DNA of 64,000 nucleotides from an uncultured Spirochaetota bacterium (GTDB lineage: Bacteria > Spirochaetota > Brevinematia > Brevinematales > JAOACQ01): assembly GCA_963835575.1 (NCBI GenBank), contig CAWIGG010000004.1:928001-992000 (forward strand), read 5' to 3'. A program made the translations under genes and the position numbers. Below, piece after piece: positions 47,876-58,960 of the stretch. Positions within the stretch are counted from its first letter, which is position 1. The number at the start of each line of letters is the position of its first letter. Under the pieces are notes generated by a model. The model had not been told where the DNA came from and did no database searches. It worked only from the letters and a program-made list of their open reading frames with translations.

Positions 47876-50287
47876 TTAACCCATGATAACTTCAACAGAA
47901 TGGGTTTTACCATCCTCAAAGGAAGGAATGATGTTTCCATTGATTTCCTTTCCGTCAACCTTGACCGAAGAAACGCCTTTATTCTTATGATCCGGATTTT
48001 TTATATTGATCTGGTAGACGGCGTCTTTATACTTCCGCGCGATTTTAAAACCGTTCCATTTTTTAGGGATGCATGGATCGATTTCAAGCCCGTCATAGCG
48101 TGGTTTTAATCCCAGGATATATTTCGTCGCCGATTGGTACATCCATGATGAAGTCCCGGAAAGCCAGCTGTTGCGGGCAAGGCCGAACTGGGGGTGCTCG
48201 TCGCCGAGGATGTTCTGGGCATAAACATAAGGCTCGCATTCATATTCTTCTATTATATCATTCTTGGCGGCGGGATTGATCTGGTTGTAGTATTCAAAAG
48301 CCCGGTCGCCATGGCCGAGAATGGTTTCGGCGATAATGACCCAGGGATTGGTATGAAGGAAAATTCCGCCGTTTTCTTTCGCCCCGGGCGGATAGGTGGT
48401 GATGCCGCCCTTTGTGCGGTCATAGCCGTTAAAACCGGGCGTGCTGAGCTTGATGCCTTTGGAGGTATTCAGCATTTTATTGAGCGATTCCAGGGCCTTC
48501 TCAGCTCTTTCAGGCGTGGCCATACCGGATATCACAGGCCAGGACTGCGCGTTGATGTAGATCTTGCCATGCTTATTCTTATGAGAGCCCAGAGGAGTGC
48601 CGTCGGAGTCAAAGTAGCGGACATACCATTCCCCGTCCCAGCAGTATTTATTGAATGTTTCCTTCAGGGTCTCGTATTCCTGTTTATATTTTAAAGCCGA
48701 ATCTTTATCTCCCAGATACTCGCAGAGCTCAACCATTTCAAGCAGGTCTTTTCCGTAAAGATGCGTATTAAAGAGCGATTCCGCGCCCGTCGGCAGGTTC
48801 ACGCAGTCGTTCCAGTCGGCGTAGCCCAGGTGCGGCAGGCAGTGCTTGCCGGTATCGCTTTTTGTAAATTCGAGCGAACGCTTCATATGGTCCATTACAG
48901 TACCGCTTTCAAGGGGTTTGCCGTTTTTATCCTTTTCATAATAGGGGATGATTTCGCTGAGAAAATCCATGTCCCCCGTTTCCTTAAGGTAAGCCGTGAC
49001 CGATAAAACGATCCAGAGGTGATCATCGCCGTAATACTGCGGCCTGTCCGGCCAATCGACGGTCTCGCCCGCCGAGCCGTCCATGGTCAGCGGATTGAAG
49101 CCATGCATGGCGTTGCCGGCTTTCTTCTGGACCATCATCAGCTTTTTAAGCAGTTCCTTTCCTTCTTCCGGCATCCTGTCGAAAACGGCCATAACATCCT
49201 GTGAGCTGTCCCGGAAGCCCAGGCCCCTTGTGCCCAGCCCAAGCTGATAATAGGAAAGGTAGCGGGACCAGTTTTTTGTAATGAAACACTGCCTGGGATT
49301 ATGCACGTTCAGCATGCTGTTCATATTGGGATCCGGCGTTTCCACTTCAAGTTTGGACAGGTAGACTTTCCAGAACTCCGAAAGCTCATCCAGAGCCGCC
49401 TGGACGTTCTCGGTCTTTCTGTATTTTTCTATTCCAGGCTGGGCTTTCTGCAGGCTTTCATCCTGGCCCAGCTGTGTAATGAATTCTTTTGTTTCGCCCG
49501 GCTTAAGGACGCCCAGTTTATGGAGAAGGGCGCCGATGTTATCGCCCCTGTGCGCCTCATAATTATCCAGGTCCTCATTCTGCAGTGAAAGCGGATTGGC
49601 CCATGTCCCGTATTCGTTATCTCCAAGGAAGCGCTTCCTGTCGGACTCAAATGAAGAAACGGGATAATTTGATGTAAAGAAATTGATATGGGTTTCACGC
49701 CGGAGAAAAGCGTACTGGATAAGGGTCAGAAGGCCGTTTTTCTCGTGCTGGCAGCGTGACTGCATAGTCTGCGGCACCCAGTCCCCGTTATTGAACTGCT
49801 TGACGGCGTCAAAGTGCGTATATTCGACCACGCTGACGGCGTCAATATTGCACTCTTTGTCTGAGACATTTGTAATTTTTATATGGCGTATCTCCCGGCA
49901 GTCATTAATGGGGACAAAGATGGTGCAGTCTGTCCGGATCCCGTAGAATTCGGAAACGATCCTTGTATAGCCCAGGCCGACATGGCATTCATATTTATCA
50001 TATTTATCCAGAGTAGGGACAAAAAAAGGCGAAAATAACTTATAAGAACCGTTCAGCTTGAACCGGAGGTAAAGGGTCTCGCCTTTGAATTCAGATGACG
50101 GCAGCTGCTGTATATATTTGACAATCCTGTTCAGGGAAGGATCTTCCTTGCACAGCAGGGCTCCGCCCGTATGGTCGACAAAACCTCCGAAGGCAAGAGT
50201 GCCGATGTAATTTATCCATTTAACCGGCGTTTTCGGATTTGTGATCACATATTCCTTGTTTTTATCGTCAAAGTAACCGAAATTCAT
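47876..50287 (-). CDS. GH94 glycoside phosphorylase (cellobiose/chitobiose phosphorylase-like)
   Basis: FGYFDD..KEYVIT.P.TP..WINY, GFRDS.QD, DD.LW, ADWNDC, KENGGIF.H, SWLSGT. Confidence 0.92.
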   Translation of the reverse strand: MNFGYFDDKNKEYVITNPKTPVKWINYIGTLAFGGFVDHTGGALLCKEDPSLNRIVKYIQQLPSSEFKGETLYLRFKLNGSYKLFSPFFVPTLDKYDKYECHVGLGYTRIVSEFYGIRTDCTIFVPINDCREIRHIKITNVSDKECNIDAVSVVEYTHFDAVKQFNNGDWVPQTMQSRCQHEKNGLLTLIQYAFLRRETHINFFTSNYPVSSFESDRKRFLGDNEYGTWANPLSLQNEDLDNYEAHRGDNIGALLHKLGVLKPGETKEFITQLGQDESLQKAQPGIEKYRKTENVQAALDELSEFWKVYLSKLEVETPDPNMNSMLNVHNPRQCFITKNWSRYLSYYQLGLGTRGLGFRDSSQDVMAVFDRMPEEGKELLKKLMMVQKKAGNAMHGFNPLTMDGSAGETVDWPDRPQYYGDDHLWIVLSVTAYLKETGDMDFLSEIIPYYEKDKNGKPLESGTVMDHMKRSLEFTKSDTGKHCLPHLGYADWNDCVNLPTGAESLFNTHLYGKDLLEMVELCEYLGDKDSALKYKQEYETLKETFNKYCWDGEWYVRYFDSDGTPLGSHKNKHGKIYINAQSWPVISGMATPERAEKALESLNKMLNTSKGIKLSTPGFNGYDRTKGGITTYPPGAKENGGIFLHTNPWVIIAETILGHGDRAFEYYNQINPAAKNDIIEEYECEPYVYAQNILGDEHPQFGLARNSWLSGTSSWMYQSATKYILGLKPRYDGLEIDPCIPKKWNGFKIARKYKDAVYQINIKNPDHKNKGVSSVKVDGKEINGNIIPSFEDGKTHSVEVIMG

Positions 50288-50548
50288 GATTAGAACCTCC
50301 AGATTCCGATATAATTTAAAAGAGCGCATATTTTATATAATAATTGAAGATAAGTCAAAAGTTAAAAAAAAGGAAATTTTTTTGAAAAAATTCTTAAATC
50401 AGTTGTTTTTAATGAATTAATTGATGAATCCATCGATTAATGTGATAAAATGGCGGAATTAAAAGCAAAAAAAAATTCCTAAAAGCTTGAATATTAAAGG
50501 AATATTTCAGATAATATAGGGAGAGAAATAGGGGTAAAGAACAGGTTT

Positions 50549-52417
50549 ATGGGAATTTTAAAGGAAAAAAAGGAAAAACTCGGCATTAATACGCTGGATT
50601 ATGAAAATCAGAAAAAGCTCTATGATGATTTTATAGGCGCAGGCGGACAGGTTGTTGAATTAAAGGCAGGTCCTCAAAGAAAATTAAACGACCAGCTGGA
50701 AAAATGGATCCAGCTCAAGGAAGAAGAGCAGAAAAAACGTCTGTTGGAGGAACAGAGAAAAACTGAAGAGGAGCTGATGCGGCAGAAAGCCCTTGCGGAG
50801 CAGGAAAAGCTTCAGAAGCTTCTGGCTCAGCAGGCCGAAAGAGTAGAGAAAAAGGAAGAAATTATTATAGATAAGGCCCCGCCTAAAATAGTAAAAATTA
50901 AAGAACCGAACCCGACGCAGGATTTTTTCAGCCGGCTCGCGGCAAAAATTGTCTGTATGCTTTACGGGGTTATTCATTTTTTCGGCAATAATTTTAACCG
51001 CACATTCCTGGACATGACCCTTTTTGACCTCAAGAACGGTCTGATTGAATGCCAGCAGATCCTTGTCTCACTTCTCCATCAGGACAAGGCTTTTTCCATT
51101 GAAGAGAGAAGATTATTAAAGGAAAGCGGTTATCCTTTTTATTATGAATTGATTTACCGTTTTTATATGATATTTGAGGAAGAGATCTTCAACCTGATCA
51201 GGGAATTAAGGACTGCGGAAAATCCCCTTCAGAAGGGCAAGTATGTTTTTGTCAAACTTTTCAAAAAGATCCTTGTCCTCAGCCGCTACCATCCTTCCCT
51301 CTTCAATGCCTTTGAAAGGGCCCTGTCCATTGAAAAAAAACTCAGGCATCTCGCGGATAATGTAGTAGACTTAAATCTGAGAAAACTCTATCACTGTTAT
51401 CATTTTTTATTCTATAAATATTATTCGAAAATTCTGAACCTTGTGGATTTTTATTATAAAGATGAGCTTTTTATAGGCAGGAAAATGTCCTACAGCGAAT
51501 TTGTCGGCATTACAGAAGTGGATAATCTGGGCTATTATACAAAACTCTGGGAGGAGGAGGAAGCCAGGGAAAAGCAGAAGAAAGAACAGAAGGAAAAGAT
51601 AAAAGTCCAGGAGAAGGAAGAAGAAAAGACCGGGGAAAAAGAAGAAAAGGACGTGGAAATAGAGGAAGAAATGAAAAACCTGACCGATGAGGTCGCGATG
51701 GGCATCGGTTTGATCAGGGATAAGGTGAATTTTCAGGACATCATTCAATACTACGAAGAAATAAAAGACCCGCGGATGAGCCTTCCGGTTCAGGACAAGG
51801 CATTTCTCACCGGCACACTTCTGGAGTTTTTTGACAAGGAATTTTCCTTCCTTTTTATCGCTTCCAATGTTCAGTTTAATATTTTCTTCGACAGGGGCCA
51901 GAGGAAAGATATCAAAAGCGCTTTAAAGGACCTCTATTTTCATATTGATGATGTTTATAAGCGGCTTTATGAATATGTCAGGGTATTAAGCGGGATGGAA
52001 AAAGTAAAAGACGATTCGTTTATTCATTCCAAGGAAAAGTTTTCCAAACTTCAGCAGCTAAGCTTTCAGCGCAGTATGATATCCCGGGCTGTCCGGACGC
52101 AGACGCAGAACATCATCGGCGATTTCCAGAAAAACCTTCAGATTGTACTCGAGGATTATAAGAAAGAAAAGCATTATATCCAGAACCCTGATGAAATATT
52201 GAATTTTGACACGAGAGTGGCGGGCAAGAAAGTTTATCATAAGGAAACTGTTGTTGAAATATTCAAGAAAGCTTATGCTTTTTCTTCGGCTATATATTTC
52301 CTGCTCCATGACGGGGAGCTCGGCGGGGCTTATGTGACCCTCAAGAACCCCGTTTATTTACGCGGTATTGTCCCTCCGCCTGAGGAAGGCGGGTCTGACG
52401 ACCTGGAGGAAATGTAG
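50549..52417 (+). CDS. hypothetical helical/coiled-coil protein
   Basis: long ORF with RBS; two E/K-rich coiled-coil stretches; no motif recognised. Confidence 0.7.
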   Translation: MGILKEKKEKLGINTLDYENQKKLYDDFIGAGGQVVELKAGPQRKLNDQLEKWIQLKEEEQKKRLLEEQRKTEEELMRQKALAEQEKLQKLLAQQAERVEKKEEIIIDKAPPKIVKIKEPNPTQDFFSRLAAKIVCMLYGVIHFFGNNFNRTFLDMTLFDLKNGLIECQQILVSLLHQDKAFSIEERRLLKESGYPFYYELIYRFYMIFEEEIFNLIRELRTAENPLQKGKYVFVKLFKKILVLSRYHPSLFNAFERALSIEKKLRHLADNVVDLNLRKLYHCYHFLFYKYYSKILNLVDFYYKDELFIGRKMSYSEFVGITEVDNLGYYTKLWEEEEAREKQKKEQKEKIKVQEKEEEKTGEKEEKDVEIEEEMKNLTDEVAMGIGLIRDKVNFQDIIQYYEEIKDPRMSLPVQDKAFLTGTLLEFFDKEFSFLFIASNVQFNIFFDRGQRKDIKSALKDLYFHIDDVYKRLYEYVRVLSGMEKVKDDSFIHSKEKFSKLQQLSFQRSMISRAVRTQTQNIIGDFQKNLQIVLEDYKKEKHYIQNPDEILNFDTRVAGKKVYHKETVVEIFKKAYAFSSAIYFLLHDGELGGAYVTLKNPVYLRGIVPPPEEGGSDDLEEM

Positions 52418-52534
52418 AGTTTCCCGCTTTGAAAAAACCCGGCCGAGGGCTGATTAATTATAAATCTTTCCGGATATTTTATATTTCAAAGAGCAAAATC
52501 ATCTGCTTTAAGAGATGCTTAAAAGGCATATTTT

Positions 52535-55500
52535 ATGGTTTTCCGTATTATAAAAAAAATACAAGCGCAGACAGGCAGGAATAATTTCCTTTATCTTCTG
52601 GCATTACTGGGCGCTTTCTCTGCTTTCAATTGTGTTTTATTTCTTTTAATTTATTTTTTGCCTTTCTTTTTAATCCTTATTATCATTCTTTTTTTCGGGC
52701 TCCTGTTTTTTATTATAAGCAGAGCCCGGCGTGATAAAAAAAACCGCCGGGATTTGATGAAAGAACTGGAAAAAGAAATCTTCGGTAAAAGGACGCTTAT
52801 TATCGATTCGCTCTTTGAATTTGAAGAAAAGAAAATTGAAACGGGGACCACACTTGAATTATCGCGGGACCTTGAGAAAAATCCCGCATTCGGCAATTTT
52901 ATTCAAAAAAAGAAAAAAGAGCTGGCATGGAAAAGCCTCTTATATCTGATAATAATTTTAATTTCTGCCGGCGCGGTCTTTTTTATGTTCAGGCCGGTTT
53001 TTTTAAAAGGAAAGGAAATAACCCGGTTTATTTCGGATACGGCATCCCCCGGGCTGCCGGATTTTTACAGCGAGGGAAAAGAATTCGGCATTGACTTATC
53101 GCCGCTTTACCGGGCATATGACCATGTTAAATTGATTATTGATGAGAATGAGATAGAAGGAGAAAAAGGCGTATTTAAAATACATGAGGAATTTACAGGA
53201 AGGGGATCTTTTTCTCTTGTAATAAAAATTGAAAAGTTCGGCCTTGTTAAAACAATAATAAAAAAATCGCTCTACGCGGTATCCCGCCTGTTTCCACAGA
53301 AGGCCGCGGTGACGGTGATATATCCGGCCGGCTCAGGATTAAGCGCGGAAGAATACGCCGGCCTTCAGGACCTTGAGGTCTGGCAGGGGGCCGAAATAAA
53401 AATCAGCGGGGAAATGACAAAAGAACTGAGCGGCATTATTTTTTCCAATGGAATGGAAAGAGATCTTAAAATATCCGGCCGGAATTTCTCCTTCCGTTTT
53501 AAGCCGCTCCGGACCCGTTCTTATCATCTGGAGCTGAAATCCATAGACGGCGATAGCTTTGAGTTTCCGGATTTTACCATAAAAATCGTCCCGAATTCGC
53601 CGCCGGTCCTCAGGCTTTTATTCCCGCTGTCGGATATTGTCCTCAGTTATTACCCATGGAAAGTCCTTTCCATTATTGAAGGGGAAGATGATCAGGGTAT
53701 AAAGGAAATAACTGTTGAAATAATCATTACGAACAGGGATATCAATCTGTCGAAATATTCAAAAAAGATTATCAGCCGCCATCCTCAATCCGGCGGAAAA
53801 TATATCAAACAGAATTTTCCGTTTGACAGCGCTTCACTTGAGCTTCTTCCCAATGACGCGGCAAGCATAAAGTTCACTGCCTCGGATGTTTTCGGATCGA
53901 AATCCATGCCGGTCGGTTTCAATATCATTTCCCCGGATTTAATGGATTTAAAAAAGCGGTGGGACAATGAGGAAAAAAATATAGTTGATATGGTTGGAAA
54001 GATATCGAATCTTTATGAGAGTATGCAGAAGGATATAAATGAAAAAAACACTTCCCGGCTTGATCAAAAAGCCGGAGAAATAGAAAGCGGAGTTCAGAAA
54101 TTAAATGATTCGCTAACCCGTCTGGATAATTCCTCATTTACGAGCGAGGCAAAGGAAATGCAGGAAACCCTTAAGGAACTGCGGGATATTACCGGGCAGC
54201 TGGCGAAAAATTCCGAAGAGCTTAAAAAATGGGCTGATTTTATGCAAAATAAAGATGTGCAATATGAAAATAAGGATATCGGAAAATTGGGAATTAAGGA
54301 ATATCTCAAGCAGATTTCATCGCTGATGAAAAACCTCGAATATTACCAGAAGTACCGCGGCCTCCTGACGCAATTTCAGCTCGCGAAAAACACTTACGAG
54401 GCCTTGAAAAAAAGAGAAGAGAAGGAAAGCTTCAATGAATCCCTCAAATCCTACCGGAAAGAATTGACTGATCTGGGGAAAATGGGGAATGATACAACAG
54501 CCGCTTTAACCAGCCGTCTTGTTGAGGAATCAAAAAAATGGGATAAGAAAGAAGACCGCTCGTATGTTCAGTCCGACGCTTTGATGAAACAGCTGGAAAA
54601 CGAGATCAGGAATCAGATTACAGATGCCGGCAAAGAGCGGATCAGGGAAAAAATGGACCGCCTGCAGAAAGCGCTTCAGGAAATTTATATCACCGTGATT
54701 TTTATTGAAAGATCAAAAAAGCTGGATATGGGAACGAGCGGCAGTCCGGATATTGACCGGGTCAATACGGAAGTGGAAATAGTCACTTCCATCAATAATT
54801 CGGCGAAATACTTAAAAAGAGAACTGGACGGTATACTTGAGGGACTGGTCATTAAACCGGCTTCAATTTCCAATAAAAACGGCAATGATCCGGGAGAAGA
54901 GATGGTAAAGGAAATGGAGAATATTCAGGATGATATTTCCTCAATCCAGACATTTCTCAGGGATTATAAGATTGAAAATGTGAAATATATTCTGAACGAT
55001 CTTGAGAACGGCTATACATCGTTATTTCTTTCCCTGCTGAGGCTTAATTCCGCGCTGAACGGCGCCATGGAGAAAAAGCAGAACGGCGAAGCTCCTGATG
55101 CAATGATGACGCTGGAGATGGGGGACCTTCTGAAAATGCAGGCAATGGTCAGCGAAGGGCTGAAACAGCTCTCGGAACGGCTGGAAAGGGAAGGCAAACT
55201 TTCTTCCGAGGCGAAGCAGATGATGGACGAGCTCGGCCGGCTGCAGTCGGAAATCCTGAAAAACCTTCAAAAGCTTTTAAAGGAAGGACAGGGAGGCGCC
55301 TATTCCGGCGGGAATGACATGGCAAAGGATATGGAAGATATTATAAAAAACCTTCAAAGTTATTCCATTAAAAACGAAACCCTTGAAAAGAGCAAAAAAC
55401 TTGAGGAAAAGATGCTCTCCAATCAGAAATCTCTGCAGAACAAAGGAATAAGTCAGGAAAGAAAAGCGGAGACGGCAAAGACTTACACAGTCGTTCCCCC

Positions 55501-55615
55501 GGCGACAAACGCGGTCGAAACGCCGGAAAAGATCGACCTTGACAGCCTGCCGGATAAAAATATCAGCGACTATTACAAAAAGCTTCTGGAAAAGTATCAT
55601 AAAACAGCGCAGTAA
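52535..55615 (+). CDS. large membrane-anchored protein, DUF4175-like (TMs, Ig-like domains, coiled-coil tail)
   Basis: three N-terminal TMs, PP....P, DD.GI motif, helical tail ending Y..L...Y. Confidence 0.6.
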   Translation: MVFRIIKKIQAQTGRNNFLYLLALLGAFSAFNCVLFLLIYFLPFFLILIIILFFGLLFFIISRARRDKKNRRDLMKELEKEIFGKRTLIIDSLFEFEEKKIETGTTLELSRDLEKNPAFGNFIQKKKKELAWKSLLYLIIILISAGAVFFMFRPVFLKGKEITRFISDTASPGLPDFYSEGKEFGIDLSPLYRAYDHVKLIIDENEIEGEKGVFKIHEEFTGRGSFSLVIKIEKFGLVKTIIKKSLYAVSRLFPQKAAVTVIYPAGSGLSAEEYAGLQDLEVWQGAEIKISGEMTKELSGIIFSNGMERDLKISGRNFSFRFKPLRTRSYHLELKSIDGDSFEFPDFTIKIVPNSPPVLRLLFPLSDIVLSYYPWKVLSIIEGEDDQGIKEITVEIIITNRDINLSKYSKKIISRHPQSGGKYIKQNFPFDSASLELLPNDAASIKFTASDVFGSKSMPVGFNIISPDLMDLKKRWDNEEKNIVDMVGKISNLYESMQKDINEKNTSRLDQKAGEIESGVQKLNDSLTRLDNSSFTSEAKEMQETLKELRDITGQLAKNSEELKKWADFMQNKDVQYENKDIGKLGIKEYLKQISSLMKNLEYYQKYRGLLTQFQLAKNTYEALKKREEKESFNESLKSYRKELTDLGKMGNDTTAALTSRLVEESKKWDKKEDRSYVQSDALMKQLENEIRNQITDAGKERIREKMDRLQKALQEIYITVIFIERSKKLDMGTSGSPDIDRVNTEVEIVTSINNSAKYLKRELDGILEGLVIKPASISNKNGNDPGEEMVKEMENIQDDISSIQTFLRDYKIENVKYILNDLENGYTSLFLSLLRLNSALNGAMEKKQNGEAPDAMMTLEMGDLLKMQAMVSEGLKQLSERLEREGKLSSEAKQMMDELGRLQSEILKNLQKLLKEGQGGAYSGGNDMAKDMEDIIKNLQSYSIKNETLEKSKKLEEKMLSNQKSLQNKGISQERKAETAKTYTVVPPATNAVETPEKIDLDSLPDKNISDYYKKLLEKYHKTAQ

Positions 55616-55616
55616 C

Positions 55617-55690
55617 CAGCTATTAGCTGCTGGCTGTAAGCGGTTAGCAGTTTAACAGCCGGAAGCTAATAGCTAAAAGCTAACGGCTAG
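55617..55690. repeat. inverted 7-mer (TAGC/GCTA) tandem repeat array
   Basis: agctattagctgctggctgtaagcggttagc...gctaatagctaaaagctaacggcta; related inverted copy at 60424-60483. Confidence 0.75.
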
Positions 55691-55701
55691 AATCTATTTT
55701 C

Positions 55702-55730
55702 TTGCCATACAAGCCGCGGAAAGCTAAAAT
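55702..55730 (+). promoter_or_regulatory. sigma70-type promoter
   Basis: TTGCCA-17 bp-TAAAAT upstream of 55763. Confidence 0.55.
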
Positions 55731-55762
55731 AAGATAACTCTTTAAATTTATAGGAAGGCACA

Positions 55763-56833
55763 ATGCCTGAAAATGGGAATTTAATCAGGGCCGGACTGGC
55801 CGGCTGCGGCGCCATTTCCCATGCTCATGCGAAGGCCGCGGGAAAGACCGGCGCTTTTAAAATCGTTTCATGCTGCGACGTGATAGAAAGTAAAGCGGCT
55901 GACTTCGCGAAGAAGTATAAATGCGCTTCATATTATACGGATTTAAAAACGATGCTGGAAAAAGAGAAACTGGACGCGGTCATCCTCTGCACCTGGCCTT
56001 CGCAGCACCTTGAGCAGATCGAAACCTGCCTTGGGCTGGGAATGAAAAACATACTCTGCGAAAAATCCCTGGCCATGACCGGAAAAGAAGCGTTATCCAT
56101 CTGGACAAGGATAAAAGAAGAAAAGGCTTTTTTAATGGAAGCCTGCATGAACCGTCACCATCCCGCGGTCCTTAAATTAAAAAGCATTGTTTCTTCCGGC
56201 AGAATCGGACCTGTCGACAGCGTCAGGGCGGTTTTCAGCAACTTTGAGCCCGGAGGGACTGATGGCGGAGACTGGCCCGCCCGAAACGGCGGGGGCGACT
56301 GGAGGTTGAAGAAAGAAGCCGGAGGCGGCATTCCTTACGACTGGATGAGCTATACAGTGAACGCATGCAATTATTTCAGCGGCGGATTGCCGGTGGAAGT
56401 ATATGCCTCCGGCAGCGTCAACAGAAAATACGGCGTGATTGACCGGGTATACGCGATGATTAAATATGATAACGGCTCTGTAGGATTTATTGAAAACAGC
56501 AAATACGCGCATTTCAGCGAGGAACTGCAGATCGCCTGCGCGAAAGGAAGATTGACCCTCCCCATAGCATGGGGTATTCTCGGATCTGTCAGGATCACTT
56601 TACAGAAGCGGATAAAAGAGGGATGGCCGTACATTGTAAAGAATAAATACAGGATCGGGAAAAACAATTCTTATGTTTTACAGTTGAGGAATTTTGCCGG
56701 GGTGATCAGGGGCCTTGAAAAGCCGGTGATGCCGCTGGACCAGTCTGTCGTCAATATCTATACGATTGAAGTCATTGTATCAAGCGTTCTGGAAAACAAG
56801 AGTGTTGAACTGAAAATCCCGCTATTGAGTTAA
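55763..56833 (+). CDS. Gfo/Idh/MocA family oxidoreductase
   Basis: GLAGCGAI...H, LDAV..CT....H, ILCEKSLA, GGG..YD. Confidence 0.9.
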   Translation: MPENGNLIRAGLAGCGAISHAHAKAAGKTGAFKIVSCCDVIESKAADFAKKYKCASYYTDLKTMLEKEKLDAVILCTWPSQHLEQIETCLGLGMKNILCEKSLAMTGKEALSIWTRIKEEKAFLMEACMNRHHPAVLKLKSIVSSGRIGPVDSVRAVFSNFEPGGTDGGDWPARNGGGDWRLKKEAGGGIPYDWMSYTVNACNYFSGGLPVEVYASGSVNRKYGVIDRVYAMIKYDNGSVGFIENSKYAHFSEELQIACAKGRLTLPIAWGILGSVRITLQKRIKEGWPYIVKNKYRIGKNNSYVLQLRNFAGVIRGLEKPVMPLDQSVVNIYTIEVIVSSVLENKSVELKIPLLS

Positions 56834-56869
56834 GACAGTTCCAAAAATGTGAGTTTTTTAGAACTGCCT
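56833..56869. repeat. single degenerate GGCAGTT-type palindromic unit
   Basis: agacagttccaaaaa...tttttagaactgcct. Confidence 0.65.
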
Positions 56870-56930
56870 TTAATACGGCGCTGTTGGTAATTTATAATGG
56901 ACCGATATTAGATATGTAAAGGTAATAAAA

Positions 56931-58790
56931 ATGCTGAAACGTATCAGGAAGCTGTTCAACAAATTATTGACAGGGAGAAAATTGGGTTATGATGATCTGG
57001 AATTAAACGCCCGGATAACGTTATTATATATCGTCTTTGCGGTAAGTCTTGCCGTATTGATACCCTACGCTGTTTATTCTTTGGTCAAGGGCTTTTTTAT
57101 TCTGGGCTATGTTGAACTGGCGACGGCAGCCGTCCTGATAATAAACTTTATTATATTAACAATAACAAAAAAATATCTCCTGTTCAGCCGGCTTGGTATT
57201 TTTATTATGGAAGCTCTTTTTCTGTATATTTTCATTACCGGCGGTATTTCCCAGATAGGGTACCAGTGGGTTTACACCTTTCCTCTTTTTGTCCTTTTTC
57301 TTCTGGGACCGGTTGAAGGTACTCTGGTTGTTTTATCCTTTTTACTATTGATCATCATTTATTTTATCATCGGTTTTCCTTCATCTTCATTGGAATATGG
57401 AATCTATTTTAAGGTCAATTTTATCGGTTCATTCCTTGCCGTTTATATCATCTCGAATTTTTTTGAATATCTCCGCGCGAAGACCTACAGGAAAATGCTG
57501 GATAAAAATGTTGAGCTTCAATACTCGGAACAGCGTCAGCGCGACATCACATTCAGCAGTTCCGACATTATATGGGAAGTCGATAAAAACATGAAATACA
57601 CTTTTGCCAGCGGCCGGACGCTGGATATCCTGGGTTATCATCCCGGGGAGCTTCTGGGCAAGACGCCTTTCGACCTGTGCGGCGGAGCTGAGGCGAGGAA
57701 GCTGAGGAACGTCTTTAAAAAAGCGACAACCGGGAGGAGCCGCGTGACAGAGCTTGCGCACTGGTGCCTTCATAAAAACGGTATGCCGGTATTCCTTCTG
57801 ACAAACGCCATTCAGATCATGGGAACCAGAAATAATATTACCGGTTACCGCGGGGTGGATAAGGACATAACCGAATGGAAGCAGACCGAGGAAGCCCTCC
57901 GGGAATCGGAATTTAATTTAAGAATGATCATCGACGCCGCGCCGTTCGGCGCGTTTGTCATTGAAGAGATGCCCGACGGGAGGCTGTTGATAGCCAATTT
58001 CAATAACGCGGCCGGGGTTTTGTTCCGGAAAGACATGAAGAAATTCAAAGACAGGGATATCGGGGAAATATTCCCGGGATTGAAGGAAACAAAATTTCTT
58101 GTTCAGATCCGGGAGCTTATCCGCAGGGGAAAAACCCTTTTAATAGATGATTTTCTCTATGAGGAAAACAGGGAAAAAAGGATTTTTGAGATCCATGGCT
58201 TGAAGATCGGCACGAATACCGCCGTATTTTTCTTTATAGATAACACGGAAAGGATTTTACGGGAAGAAACCATCCGGTTTCAGGCCGAACATGACAATTT
58301 GACCGGCCTGGCGAACCGGGTAGTTTTTATGAAGCGGATGCGGCTTAATCTGCATGAGGCGCGTTCTAAAAAGAATTTACTGGCCGTGCTCTATCTTGAC
58401 CTGGATGAGTTCAAGCAGGTTAATGATAATTACGGCCATGGCGCCGGCGATGAACTGCTCAAACTGGCCGCGGCAAGATTAAAAACAGGCTTGAGGGACA
58501 GCGACCTGGTCGGCCGCCTGGGCGGGGACGAGTTCGCGATAATTCTTCCGCTTATTAAAGACAAAAAATCCGTCAGGCAGATCGCTGAAAAAATACTGCA
58601 GGAATTTAATCACCCGTTCCATATTGACAGGCATAATATTCAGATCAGCACCAGCATCGGAATCAGTGTATATCCCGCCGACGGGAACGATCCGGAGGAA
58701 CTGCTCCAGAAATCCGATAAGGCCCTCTATCAGGCAAAATCCCTGGGGAAAAACATGTTTATTTTTTATGCGAAGGACATGGAGAAATAA
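56931..58790 (+). CDS. membrane-bound PAS/PAC diguanylate cyclase
   Basis: N-terminal TMs, PAS with SDIIWEVD, HDNLTGLANR, DLDEFK.VND..GH..GD, RLGGDEF. Confidence 0.92.
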   Translation: MLKRIRKLFNKLLTGRKLGYDDLELNARITLLYIVFAVSLAVLIPYAVYSLVKGFFILGYVELATAAVLIINFIILTITKKYLLFSRLGIFIMEALFLYIFITGGISQIGYQWVYTFPLFVLFLLGPVEGTLVVLSFLLLIIIYFIIGFPSSSLEYGIYFKVNFIGSFLAVYIISNFFEYLRAKTYRKMLDKNVELQYSEQRQRDITFSSSDIIWEVDKNMKYTFASGRTLDILGYHPGELLGKTPFDLCGGAEARKLRNVFKKATTGRSRVTELAHWCLHKNGMPVFLLTNAIQIMGTRNNITGYRGVDKDITEWKQTEEALRESEFNLRMIIDAAPFGAFVIEEMPDGRLLIANFNNAAGVLFRKDMKKFKDRDIGEIFPGLKETKFLVQIRELIRRGKTLLIDDFLYEENREKRIFEIHGLKIGTNTAVFFFIDNTERILREETIRFQAEHDNLTGLANRVVFMKRMRLNLHEARSKKNLLAVLYLDLDEFKQVNDNYGHGAGDELLKLAAARLKTGLRDSDLVGRLGGDEFAIILPLIKDKKSVRQIAEKILQEFNHPFHIDRHNIQISTSIGISVYPADGNDPEELLQKSDKALYQAKSLGKNMFIFYAKDMEK

Positions 58791-58900
58791 AAAATTGAAA
58801 TACCGGGCGATTCATGTCATACTGACGGCTAAAGGAAATGGATTATTTGTCGAAAGTTTTATTAATGTTATTCAGCGATGAACGAAGGTCATTAAAATAA

Positions 58901-58960
58901 GGGCAGTTCCAAAACCTATGTTGGAAATATCTGATTGATTTTGAGTTTTTGGAACTGCCC
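58901..58960. mobile_element. 60-bp MITE-like unit
   Basis: IR GGGCAGTTCCAAAA / TTTTGGAACTGCCC; ATAA on both flanks; near-identical to 62350-62409. Confidence 0.8.
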
